From contig BFEA01000031.1 in assembly GCA_003427395.1 (NCBI GenBank), positions 1,911,854 through 1,967,849 of the forward strand: a stretch of 55,996 nt of DNA. Direction: 5' to 3'. Shown here piece by piece: positions 1 to 11,377 of the stretch. A model generated the notes under the pieces. That model was given only the letters and a program-made list of their open reading frames with translations. It was not told the DNA's origin and did not search any database. Source of the DNA: Chara braunii. Taxonomy: Eukaryota > Plantae > Charophyceae. Position numbers and translations under genes: made by a program. The first letter of the stretch is position 1; each line of letters starts with the position of its first letter.

Positions 1-82
<82 letters not shown>
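1..82. repeat. (TG)n microsatellite followed by short (AG)n
   Basis: Read directly from the sequence. Confidence 0.99.
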
Positions 83-662
83 GGGAGATAATTTGAGGAT
101 GAAGGATTCATAGTTTAGAAAGGAGAGGTGTTTATTAATGAGATTATTGAGTCTTTTCAGATGGAAGATATTCCGGTGGTGGTGACGTTCTTCTATACGA
201 GCGAGGAAGCCAGTAAATGGATGTCAGATCCGGACGAAGAAGAAATCGTCATGGTGAGAACCGAACGGTTAATTTATGTTTCGTCTATCGTTTCCCTGCG
301 AGGGATAGACCATGGTCCTGGCAAGGGAGTTTGATGAACCCCTCTCGCTTGTTCGTTTTTTGCACTTACGTTGCGAGATACATCATCTGTTACGGGCTCG
401 CAAATCGGAGGAGTTATGAAGTATCACACATTTTGGTTTGGTACGGCGATGAATGTTCTCCATATGTCGGGGAGACTCCAAAAGTGAGGTGGTTTTTCTT
501 TTAATGCTCTTGCGCTATAACAAGCTTTATGGTTCATTTGCTTATATCTATCATTATCGGTAAACCCACGATAATAAGTATCATCTATGCAGGCGAAATG
601 CTTTCTTTGGAGATAAATTTGCGAGCGAGGAGCATCGACTTTTTGCGTCGATTAATGCTTAA

Positions 663-958
663 TAACTGACATTTCGTTAAAACTGACATTTTTTTCTAAA
701 TTCACGAAAGTGGACTTAATCAAAATTTTCTTGCTCATCGGGTGAGAAAGTGGTTATCTCACTTTGTTCATCTGATGTACCTCAACGTAAAGTGTCGTTA
801 ACATACATTCGATAGTCAGATCATCGGGAGTCACCACGATACCCGATGATGTGATCATCCGACGTCATGAGGACAAAAAAACACTAAAAAATATTGTTTT
901 TCGGTACGCTCTATTTTGTGAATTTAGAAAAAAATGTCAGTTTTAACGAAATGGTAGT
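663..958. mobile_element. MITE with ~45 bp terminal inverted repeats, flanked by TTAA
   Basis: CATTTCGTTAAAACTGACATTTTTTTCTAAATTCAC (~670-705) is inverted at ~918-953. TTAA sits at 659-662 and 959-962. The outermost bases of the left TIR are slightly degenerate. Confidence 0.7.
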
Positions 959-1759
959 TTAATGTGTTTTTTTTTGTGGAGAGATGGACGGTGGCCAACA
1001 TGATTTTACCATTGTAAGATATCTTCTTATTCACGATACACTGGATGTAAGATTGATCGAGGAAGCAGGACGACTCTTGATAGTTTGAGACGGTACGTCG
1101 ACTCAGTGGATTGAGTTCATCGGTATGCTTCGGGATGATCGATGGTTTATTCCAGACTCGCGCTCGAATGTTCGAGTCAATGTGGCTTGAAAGATAAAAT
1201 AGTTTCCTGGTTATACTTTGTATTTTCGTCGTATGAGTAATCTTCAATGTGTCTCTCGAGTAATTGTGAGTATCAATATTACCTCGTTCGGCGATTGATT
1301 TGACATCGTACGGATCTGGGACACTAAGACGCGACAACTGTTTTGGATGAGCAGACCATTCCGAGCCATAGTATGGCGGTTGGCCTCATGGATGGTCGCA
1401 CTCTATGGTACTCGGACGGTTAAGGTTATGCGAGGTGGACGCGTCACGAGTTTGGTTTTTGACGATGTGAACTCGCATGCTTTGACACGTTAGAGGCTCC
1501 GGCTTGCGAGGGGCGTCAGTTGTATCACAACTAGATACACCCCCTGGAGATTTCATTTAGATCATAGAGTTGTTGTACGTCCTGGTGTCCCGTAGAGGGA
1601 GCCACTATATTTTGGCTTCGCAAGGTAACCATTAAAAAAAAAAAAATTATGTAGATAGGACCACAAGATGGATAGTATTCGGATTGCTCCGATAATTTCA
1701 CTATCACGCTCTAACATTGAGGGGTAATTACATGTGCAGACAAAAATATTAGTGTACAT

Positions 1760-2263
1760 TGTCGAGCGAATCGGCCCTCGCCTTTTCTCTCGAACAGGCG
1801 AGAGCCTCCCGACCATTTCACGCAGGAGTTTAAGCAAAACATAACCAAAGAGAGACAACTCGGGGATGACGCATAAATAATCCCGCGAGCCGCCGAGACG
1901 GTCGTCGTCGCGTCGTCCCTTCGCCGCTATAACCCGGTGCGCCAGCTGTACATCCCGCGGTCCCCTACGACAGGATAGGTTAACGAGGGGCATAAGCTTG
2001 CTTCCCTAAGGGGCTGTCATCACCCTTAAGGCCGTATCCCTACCGAGCTACTGACCCACGTGCGGAAGTTTTTACATGCAACTGCAGAGGTGGGTCAGCC
2101 GACGGCGTTTGCTCGTTCGCTTGAGTATAGGTACTCGGAGTTAAAACGCTTACTGAACTCGGACGTCGTCCGTTCCTTAGGGCGCTGATCTCCTAAGTAC
2201 GAAGCGTACGCCGGTCCACTAGGACGGTCTCAACCAACCGTGAAACCCCAATATCCTAGTCTC
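1760..2263. mobile_element. LTR-like/terminal repeat, copy 1 (homologous to 7140-7636)
   Basis: Both copies start TGTCGAGCG(A/T)ATCGG(C/T)CC. They share the block CCCCTACGACAGGA...GAGCTACTGA...GCAGAGGTGG...CTCGTTCGCT and the motif TCCTAGTC(T/C)CTT. No TSD found. Confidence 0.5.
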
Positions 2264-4149
2264 TTTTGTCACCAGTTAAAAAGAAAGTTATAACAACCAC
2301 GCATAGTTACAAAGAAAAAACGAATCGACCGTAATTGACAGGATCATATATCCAATATGAAATGATAATTGAATGAATCATAATCATCATTACATAAATC
2401 CAATAACACAATATCAAAATAAAATTCGACCACCCCGGGTCGAATTCCAAAAAAATCATACAGCCGTCAACGAGGAGTTGGCTTTCAACAATCATCTCAA
2501 TGCAGCCGATAAGGTAGTCGGTCTGTCTTAGTTTTGACTTGATAAGATGCACTGCCAAAGTTATTCATTTCATCCTACCCCCGACCTAAGATTGAACACG
2601 CACACACCCGTTTCCATACGTTTTTCAATCTTCTTGGATGACGGACTATTTTGCGGATAATTCTTGATCAGGGGCATTACTTGAGTTGTTGCATGTCTCT
2701 TCCTCTAGGAACTAGGAAGTGGTCTGGGGTACTCCTCCTCCTCGCCCCAGCACAAGACTCGGATCTCAGAAGTTAGGCCGTCTCCACCGAATCGGCAAAA
2801 TAGCCCCCCGTAGAACAGTCCACTCTGGGTCGATAACAGGGTCGGCTCCTAAAGCAATGAACCCTCGCCCCAGATGCTTCATGAAGAAAGAGAATGTGTT
2901 CACCACAGGTAGATTTTCAGATGTCTCATTCGTCTCTTGCCCAAGGTAACTCAAACGGAAATAGTTAGAAAAGATAAAGAATGAGAACCATTTAGACAGA
3001 TAAAAGTCATTAAGGAAAGAAATGATCAGTCTTTGGGAAAAGGCTACGTTCGTTTGACCTTATCTGCTTTATTTGATTCGAATTCGTTTTACTGTGGGCG
3101 CAAAATTGACATTTTTCAAAACAACCAACCCTTCCTGGTATGCAAGCAGGTAAAAAGTCAAAAGAAGGGCAATCTCCTTTGCAAGCATCCTTCTACCTAC
3201 CTGCACAACACGCAGAGACAACAAGTTCAAAAGAAAATCAGTGCAATCCCATGCCCAAGCCAGACCTTTTCATTCACATGCACGATACGCACGACTTTCC
3301 TTTACCTTTTCAACGAGCATTCAATGAACAGGGTCAACCAAAGTGTGGGTTCACACAGGTGTGAAGGGAAATCTGAGTCAATCAACTGACCTTGAGTGAA
3401 TTAGTGTCGAACGCGCCGTGACTCACTAAAAAAAGTCAAGTAACATATGCGTGTCGCCGAAGAAACCACAGTCCCGAGGTAAGTCTTGGGCCAACCGCTA
3501 GTCCCAATTTACTCTTGAATCGCAAGTCCTACTCGCCGAAGTCCTAAGTGTGAAGATAGTGAGCCGCACTCGTCTCAGAAAAATACTCAGTCTGGTACCA
3601 CGTTAGTCCCAACTGGTCCCAAGCGGTCCCGGATGGTCCCACGCGGTTCTAGGTGGTCCCATGCTGTCAAGCACTTCGTCGAATGACTATTGAGTCGAAA
3701 ACCATTTCTGCCACACTTCTCAAAAAAATAAAACCCGTGCGAAATCTCAAAACCGCATGCGTCGAGACTGCAGCAAATGACCGCCTGCGTTCCACGTCAG
3801 TCCCAACTGAACCCAGACAGTCCCAAGTAGTCCAGTCCCACTGCAACAAGTGTTGGGTAGTCCCAACTACAAAACATTTATCTTATATGCCGCATAAAAA
3901 AAAAATAATAATAATAAACTCGTCCGTCTCACTCAGATTTCGTACCGTCGCATACCGTTAACCGCCACCATGTCACGCTGCTGCTGCCGTACACGCCAAT
4001 GGTAGCAGACCTTCATCAAGAAAAGCAAACGCCACGCCGCAAAAAAAAAATTTTCGTATCGTAAAATAAACCTCCATTCCACGCCGCATGTCCCATCGTC
4101 GTGCCGCAATTCCGTTGCTGTGTCGAACCCTCGTCGGAAAATGGCATCG

Positions 4150-4310
4150 GGTCGCCATGCCGTACCACAGTGAAAAAAAAAAAAAAAAAGCGCAGCGCTT
4201 CGCCGTGCTGTACCACCGTAAAAAAAAACATCATTGCTTCGCCGTGTCGTACCACAGTAAAAAAAACGATAGCACTTCGTTGCGTTGTACTACCGTAAAA
4301 AAAAAAAACG
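4150..4310. repeat. Short tandem units (GCCGTGTCGTACCACAGT-A-run), probably transposon subterminal repeats
   Basis: About four imperfect copies, each ending in an A-run. Confidence 0.6.
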
Positions 4311-5785
4311 GCAGCGTCACCCATAAAAAGTGTCGTCGACGGCAGCTTCACCCTTCAAAATAAAGGTGTCATGCCGACGCCGCGGTATTTCGGCAGCATA
4401 ACCCTACAAAAATGGTTTATGGTTGCCAAAAATATCGGTCGGCACACCTCCACCAGTTGTTGTGCTCCCCGTCACTCCTTGCCACGCTGCGCTGCCGCTC
4501 CTCACCACGCTGCCGCAGAGTCCCCCTTGAGACCAACCTGCCAAGGGGTGGAGTATAGTGCTTCAGCCAAGGCTATGGTTGTCTCCTCCCTTGCCATGCT
4601 CCTTTGCTGTCCTCCATCTCCACCGGCAGCACTCCTGCCTCCTCTCAATGACTCCCGCAATGAGGCAAGTGTGCTGTCACACACTGACAGCTGGAGGCAA
4701 GTGTGAGGCAGCTGGGGGACACCTGCCTCTTTCGTAGTGGCTGAGGAGGGCAGCAGCAGCCTCAGCTGCCCCCAGACAAAATTCGTCATTTGCCTGGTAC
4801 CTTACCCAAGGAGAGGGGCATGTGAGCTTTAAAGTGAATGGGGAAAAAAATCGTTTCATATGTGAAAAATGCGAAAAATGTGGTAAGAAAAAATATGTTT
4901 TTTTATACGTGATGTAGTAAGAGAAATCAATAATGGTATGTTGAAGGGATACATTTTTTTTAATATATAAGCTTGAAAAAAAAAAGTTCGTAAAAAATGT
5001 GGGGGGAAAATGAGAGAAAAAAATGAGGTTTCTGCGAACATATGTTTATGTGAACTTAAGATAAAATTGAAAAGGTTTGTGTACACACACATTGTTAAGA
5101 ATCCACAAGATGCACGAGAGTTGCAAAAAATTTACAAGACGCCACAATAATGTGCAATTTTTCGTGTATGCCAAAGGTGTGAGGAATATGCAATGAGACA
5201 ATTATGAGTTTGAAGTAGTGTATACGAAAAGAAACAATTGTACTGAGTACAGAATAAACAACTGTACTGAAAGTATGCAGAGCAAAATATATGGAAATAG
5301 GATTTGCAAACCAAGGAGGGTGAAATCGAAATGAAAAAATTGAGAATAGTTTTGTAGTTCCGAAAAAAAATTATAAATTGTCATTGTTTATACTAAGAGG
5401 TAACTTCAGTAGAGTCATAAAAACGAGTTATAATTGCACTATGGGAAAAATGCAATTTGCAATTGCAGTTCGGGCACCCTACCTGGCCAGAAAGCTGAGT
5501 TGTATACACTGCCCAAACTGCAATTTGAGACTGTATCTTTGACCCATTGTGCAATTATAACTTATTTAATTTCCTATTATACTAATTAGCCCTAGTTGCT
5601 TAAAATTTGAGAGATGTGTTAATAAAAGGTTTGCAAGGGCATTGAATGATATGATTAAGTTTCTTTCATGGAGTTGTCACTTAAACTTGTTGTTCGTAAA
5701 ACATTTATGGATAAAACTCAATTGGACTGAGAAGTGGGTAGCAGTGAAATGAAAGAATGAAAGAGTGTGAGGGATGACCTATGAC

Positions 5786-5804
5786 CTGTCTCTTATACAC
5801 ATCT
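5786..5804 (+). other. Tn5 mosaic end / Nextera adapter (assembly artefact) between two identical 103 bp copies
   Basis: Exact CTGTCTCTTATACACATCT. 5683-5785 is identical to 5805-5907. Confidence 0.95.
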
Positions 5805-6126
5805 AAACTTGTTGTTCGTAAAACATTTATGGATAAAACTCAATTGGACTGAGAAGTGGGTAGCAGTGAAATGAAAGAATGAAAGAGTGTGAGGGATGAC
5901 CTATGACATTGAAGAAATGTTTAGCAAGCCCCCACTACTCGATGAAAAGGGTAATTGGTTGGGTAGTGGGGTTCTTTGCAAAAAAAATGCACAAGAAAAT
6001 CTATGTAAAGAGACGACGGAAATGTGTATCATGAGCAATTAGTGGAAATAAAATTTTCATTAATTAGATTTCTATGGATTTTGAGTTTGACAATACATAC
6101 TTGTATAGTTTGTGGGAATGAAGACG

Positions 6127-6299
6127 TGAAGACAATCACAAGACCAATAATGAAGAAGAAGTTGACATGAGCCTTACTTTTATGGTGTAATCAACTTCCT
6201 CCCAACACTCCCTCGAAGCATACTGTTGAGGAAACCCAATCCTTCTCCTCATACAACACTCAGATTGAGGAAAAACTCTATCGTGTTCTATGCTTTTAT
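6127..6299 (+). repeat. Dispersed ~173 bp repeat; inverted copy at 16270-16442
   Basis: TGAAGACAATCACAAGACCAATAATGAAGAAGAAG...ATGCTTTTAT matches the reverse complement of 16270-16442 with scattered substitutions. Confidence 0.9.
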
Positions 6300-6730
6300 C
6301 CGAGGTACGAAACGACAGGGGCTGTTCATCCCGCCTAGCTTGATACTTGAACGAACCGACCCCGGGGTAGGGATCCTGGATTTCCTTGAGACTAGGATCA
6401 TGGTCTTCGAAACCCAGGCGACAATTTTGATGACTTACAAATTCAAGAATGCGGCTGCTATCTGGGATGAACAGCCCCTGCCGTTTCGTACCTACAAGGA
6501 GTTTTCTTCATATGGCCCGAAGGCGGCCAAGTTTGCGATTGTTGCCAATACAATACAACGTATTGCTATGAATACCAACGACCTTGTGTGCTGGAATGTC
6601 TTCACCCTGTAGGAGGAACTCAAGAAATTGAGAATTCCAAACCACACGGTTAAGGCAGGTATCAAATGGATGAAAAGGCGGGATAGCCTTGAGCTATGGG
6701 ATCGAATTTATAAAGCTATTGATGAAGGGG
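6300..6730 (+). pseudogene. Penelope-like element reverse transcriptase C-terminal (thumb) fragment
   Basis: Translation LILERT..DFLETRI..TYKFKN..YKEFSSYGPKAAKFAIVANTIQRI..L*EELKKLRIP resembles the PLE thumb pattern FLD-I..T..Y-K..Y..F-S..P...K..I....R...L...GYP. One in-frame TAG at 6610-6612. Recognised by eye only. Confidence 0.55.
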
Positions 6731-7139
6731 AAAAAAAAAACCATCGGGGGTCGACGCCTATTCCGCAGGGCCAACGGCTACTGGATTCTGGAGCAGCTGG
6801 TTGGGATCGGCAAAGCCTGGGGAATAAGCGGTTGTGAAGTAGTCTGAGGTCGACTGACGAACGCAGGTGTGAACGGTGGGAATTATTACTGCTTCGTTGG
6901 ACTGGTTTCAGGCGTAGTTTTGTCGTTTTTTGCAAGGAATGGTGGTGTACGCTGCCTCGGATAATATTTTTTTTGGAATTGTGTTAAAATATGTGAGAGA
7001 TAAAATACGATCGTCAAATCTAGGAAGTGCTCCCTGCGGGGGCCGACTTAGGCCTAGTAGATTGAAGCATGGCCGAGGGATATATTTTCATGGGTTAATG
7101 GGGCTGAAGGCTCATATGGGCCTACTGCCTTGAGCACGC

Positions 7140-7636
7140 TGTCGAGCGTATCGGTCCCGCATGGGGACCCTCCCGGCCGCGTCACGCAGGATTTTGCAGG
7201 ACTTTGTCGCAGAGCGTTTTGACCGCTCTGGCCGAGTGCGCCAACCGTACCTCTCGTGAGCCCCTACGACAGGACAGGGTCATGCGAGGCACCGCTTACC
7301 TCCACCTGCGGGAGCTGTCACCATCCCTTAGATGGGCGTATCCCCGCCGAGCTACTGAACCACATGCGAAAGTTTTTCGTATGCAATTGCAGAGGTGGCC
7401 CAGCCGAGCGCGTTTCTCGTTCGCTGTAGCATAGGGGGTTACACGAGGTCGAACGCCCGAAAAATCGAACCCGTACACGAATCGACGTATTTGGGGGGCT
7501 GAGGTCCCAAACGCGACTCGGTGCCGGTCGACTACGACGCATCACACACACCACGCGTTACACCACAACACTCACATTTACCCACACATGGAAAAACACA
7601 AAACAAACAGAACATCACAACACTCCTAGTCCCTTC
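7140..7636. mobile_element. LTR-like/terminal repeat, copy 2 (homologous to 1760-2263)
   Basis: Same TGTCGAGCG start and internal conserved blocks as copy 1. Confidence 0.5.
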
Positions 7637-10124
7637 AGTATCAGACCCATAACTTCATGTCGCGAGAATCAGGTAGGCACCGCGCGCTGGACTTTTGTAT
7701 AAGAGTCGTGCGCACGCATGGCCTCCTCATATCGGCCAGCCATGCGGGCATTCGCAAGCATTTGCGTTGATGGGGTACTATGTGGTACTCGTAGCCTCGC
7801 GACCCTTGATAATTTCGAAGGTCGCGTTCGACACTCAAGTGTCGGCTGACAGGCGCTTTGAGGGGTAATCTCTCGACGCCAGACAACCACCATGTGCGGT
7901 TGAAGACCACACCCTCTTCTGCACCCTGTGCAGAGGGGTTGAGTAGACAGCTTTAGGGCTGTCGCGGTAGCCAAAATCAAGGGGTTTGACTTTGACGGCT
8001 ACCACGGACTACAACGTCCAACCATGATAACTTAAAAGGAGGAAGCAACTGCAAATAGTCTAATAGCCGTCCCAACTGGAAGGGGTAGGCCAACGCGAAG
8101 GGTGCGCATGGGTAAGGCCCAAAAACAGGCCCGTAGGTCGCCCGACGTTCGAGATGTTGAAGACTCGTATGCGGGGCCCCATAGGCCGATTAGGGATGAT
8201 TCCCTGCCTACACGTCGCTTCGCGCGGCCGAAGCTCGAGCCTACTGGCCATAACGTGCTTTTGCTTTCTCCGCTTGACCCATAACTTTAGAGCGTGGAAA
8301 TCGATAAGTGTTGCGCGTATGGTTTAGTATAAGGCCGCGCGGATGCAGGCCCCACGCATATCAACCAACAATGCGGATTTGCGCACGCAGTCGTGATGTC
8401 GACGCACTATGTGATGCCCATACACGAGTGGCCTTTTTTTGAGCCATGGGGTCGCTCTCGATACTCAGGCGTTGGTTGAAGCGCACGCTAAGGGGGGTAA
8501 ACCTTTAACAAGCGCAAGACCGGCGTGAGGGCCTTACCATCTTTTGCACCCTGAGGTGGCCCAAAGGGTGCGCGGTAAGATGGTCCCTAGGGCAGGAAGG
8601 AATTCGGAGCGGTGGTGAGTTGTCTGGCGCATCACCAGCGACACGCTAATCCTTCCGCCCGAAACTTTATCGTTCCACCAAAATAACCTCAACAAGGATG
8701 AAAAACAAATCCTCTTAACACTATCGGAAGAAAATACCTTCAATGTTAGTCTGGGGCTTGGGACGTTCCGGACAAGGATCTTGGTTTCCAGGCTTGGGAC
8801 AATTGCCCTACCACACGAAGTCAAGGAGAATAGAAGGACGCAAGCGTGTGGTCGCATAGCCCCATAAGGGTTACCCGAGCATACGCTTACTTCGATTATC
8901 ACATCATCGGGCTGGGAAAAAAACAATCTCACCCATAACAACAGGCTGTGGGGTAGTACACTCTCACAACAGTTGTGTGGTTTGCCCATCTGAATTCAAA
9001 ACATAATCACTCAATCATGAGTCAAATGAGACTCTTCCATACATACCTGCAATCATATACACAACATTCAAANAACATCACNCGNGCTAAAANGGGTCAA
9101 CTTTTCAGCCTCCTGCAACTCACACCCTGCCTTATGCACTCAAGCCCAACCATTTCCCCATCAATCCTTAACAAAGGTACTCAGTCTTTCAGAAATGACC
9201 CTTTATAAAGAAGCTGGGTGAAAACCCAAAGAAACACACAAATCCTGGCAAGGGCCAAGGCCTTAGGTTGAGAGGCAGGAAAAATAGGAAAGTTGAGTCG
9301 TAAACCGATGAATCGGCAACCGACCTGTTATCAGTGATAACAGACAAGTGATCCCTTCGTAGAATCAGGCCGAACAATTTGAGCCTACAATCGGATGTGA
9401 AAACCTGCATCACAGTATTGGTCAAAGAGAACCACTACTATGTTCAACCCAAGTAGAGGATAGTTCCCCAATTTGTACCCTAGCTCCTCTATCAGTCTCA
9501 CGTTCAACTTCCCTCACTAACGCCGAGTCACTGAGAAAATTGGCAGCATCTCCCCTATCTAGGGTGGATTTGTCAAGTCTCTCTTGGCTAATAATAATCT
9601 AACTCCCTAAATTCTGTGAAATTTCGGCAGCGCTTCCCGTAGGAAAAGTGCCTTTCCAGAATTTCTAAGAGTCAAAAAAATGACTAACTTTTTCAGATTT
9701 GCAGAAATTTCGGCAGCGCTTCCCGTAGGAACAGAAGGTTGCCAAAATTTATATAAAGCTGAAACTGAAAAGACAAGGCATAACTATACTTGGGACTAAC
9801 TTCTGACACTTATTTAGAAGGTAGAATCAGCGATAATCTGTACGACCTCTTGATGAGGCTGTGTGATAACACTGATCCTAACTCCTAGTAGAGTCAGTTC
9901 TATATTATCCCAAACTTTCCCTCCCATCATCCATCCTACCTGCCTATAGCTCTAGCACTCGGCAAGCACCTAAAGCAACTAAACTATCAAAGAGATGCCC
10001 CAGAGTGGGAACCCACAAGCATGCATAACCAAACATCTCTCACAATCTCACATTAATTTAGTCCAAGTAGTTCGTTAAATCGCTTAGTTCCTTCCCTTTT
10101 ACATCCCCCTTTCCTATGGCATAC

Positions 10125-11377
10125 GGTCAAACAAGGCCCTAACCCTAGGGTATGCCTGACCTGCTTAGGTACACAATTAAAGTACGCACATTTGGACTGC
10201 CCTAACCCTAGGGTATGCCCAACATAACATGAACTGTACACATAAGGCATATGACCAGACCGCCCTAACCCTAGGGTACGTCTAGCTTCTGCCTAACTGA
10301 CGACAAATAGCATAGAACTGGGCTGCCCTAACCTTAGGGTGTGCCCAATTTGCTTTAAACAAAGTTACATACAACATCATTCTATACCATCCCTACCCAG
10401 GGGTAGGTCTAGCTTGCCTGAACATAAATACAAACGACAAAAAGTTGGACCGCCCTAACTCTAGGATACGTCCAACCCACAGCACATCTACGACAAAAGC
10501 ATATCACTAGGCCGCCCTAACCCTAGGGTACGCCTAGTTAGCCATACAGTTTAAGTTACATAAGGCAATGTGATCAGGCTGCCCTAACCCTAGGGTGTGT
10601 CTGATCTGCTTGAACAGTTATAAACACCGAAACGCTGGACCGCCCTAACCCTAGGGTACGTCCAACTTACTTTAAACAACAAAGGCTTATCGCTAGGTCG
10701 CCCTAACCCTAGGGTACGCCTAGTTAGCCATACAACAGAAAATAGGGTACAAATACTTTCACAGACTTTATGTTTTTCCTTCTCTTATTAAGCTGTCGAT
10801 CGAACCTTTCCAATAATGGAACTTTCGATCCTGCCTCATGTCTAGAAGGGAAAATAAAACAAATTTATACTAACTCTCTGCTCCTTAGTGTTATCACGAG
10901 CATATAATTGAACCGCCCTAACCCTAGGGTACGTTCAGACTGCCCGGTTACCTTTGTTTTACTCTTCACCTCTTTCCCTCTTCCTTAGTTCTACCTGACT
11001 TACTGATTGGCTTTCCTCACACGGGGTGTCCGTCTGTCAGAAGTGTAAGTTCAATAAAATATATATATCAAAATTTATACTTTTGCTTGGCCAGTTAATT
11101 CGTGGCTCATGACTAAGCCGCCCTAACCCTAGGGTACGCTTAGTCTTATGCCGTTACTCCCTCAGAAGAAAACACGCACCGCAACTCATTAAAATAAACA
11201 CCAGGATTCTGAGCCTTCCCCACCCGGGGTGCCCGTTCTCCTGTTCAGAAACCCTCAAATAAAATAACGACCGATCCTATCCCACCCAGGTAGACCAGCT
11301 ATAAGAGTCACTCATTCAGATCAGCAAACCTCAATAAAACATAGCACTGAGTCCACATCCACCCGGAGGGGCTCAGC
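10125..11377. other. Array of ~16 conserved-structure hairpins (core CCCTA-ACCC-TAGGG, covarying outer stems)
   Basis: Core starts at 10137, 10200, 10263, 10326, 10391, 10453, 10515, 10582, 10643, 10701, 10916 and 11121. Degenerate units have loops at 11019, 11222, 11284 and 11361. Outer arms are self-complementary but differ between units. Confidence 0.9.

Noticed and set aside
128-1337. Short ORFs at the window start as a gene
   Set aside because: No recognisable domain or consistent exon structure, and the region is interrupted by a MITE.
10125-10735. CRISPR array
   Set aside because: The context is eukaryotic with no cas genes, the repeat arms vary between units, and the linkers are partly related to each other. 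Kept as a hairpin array instead.
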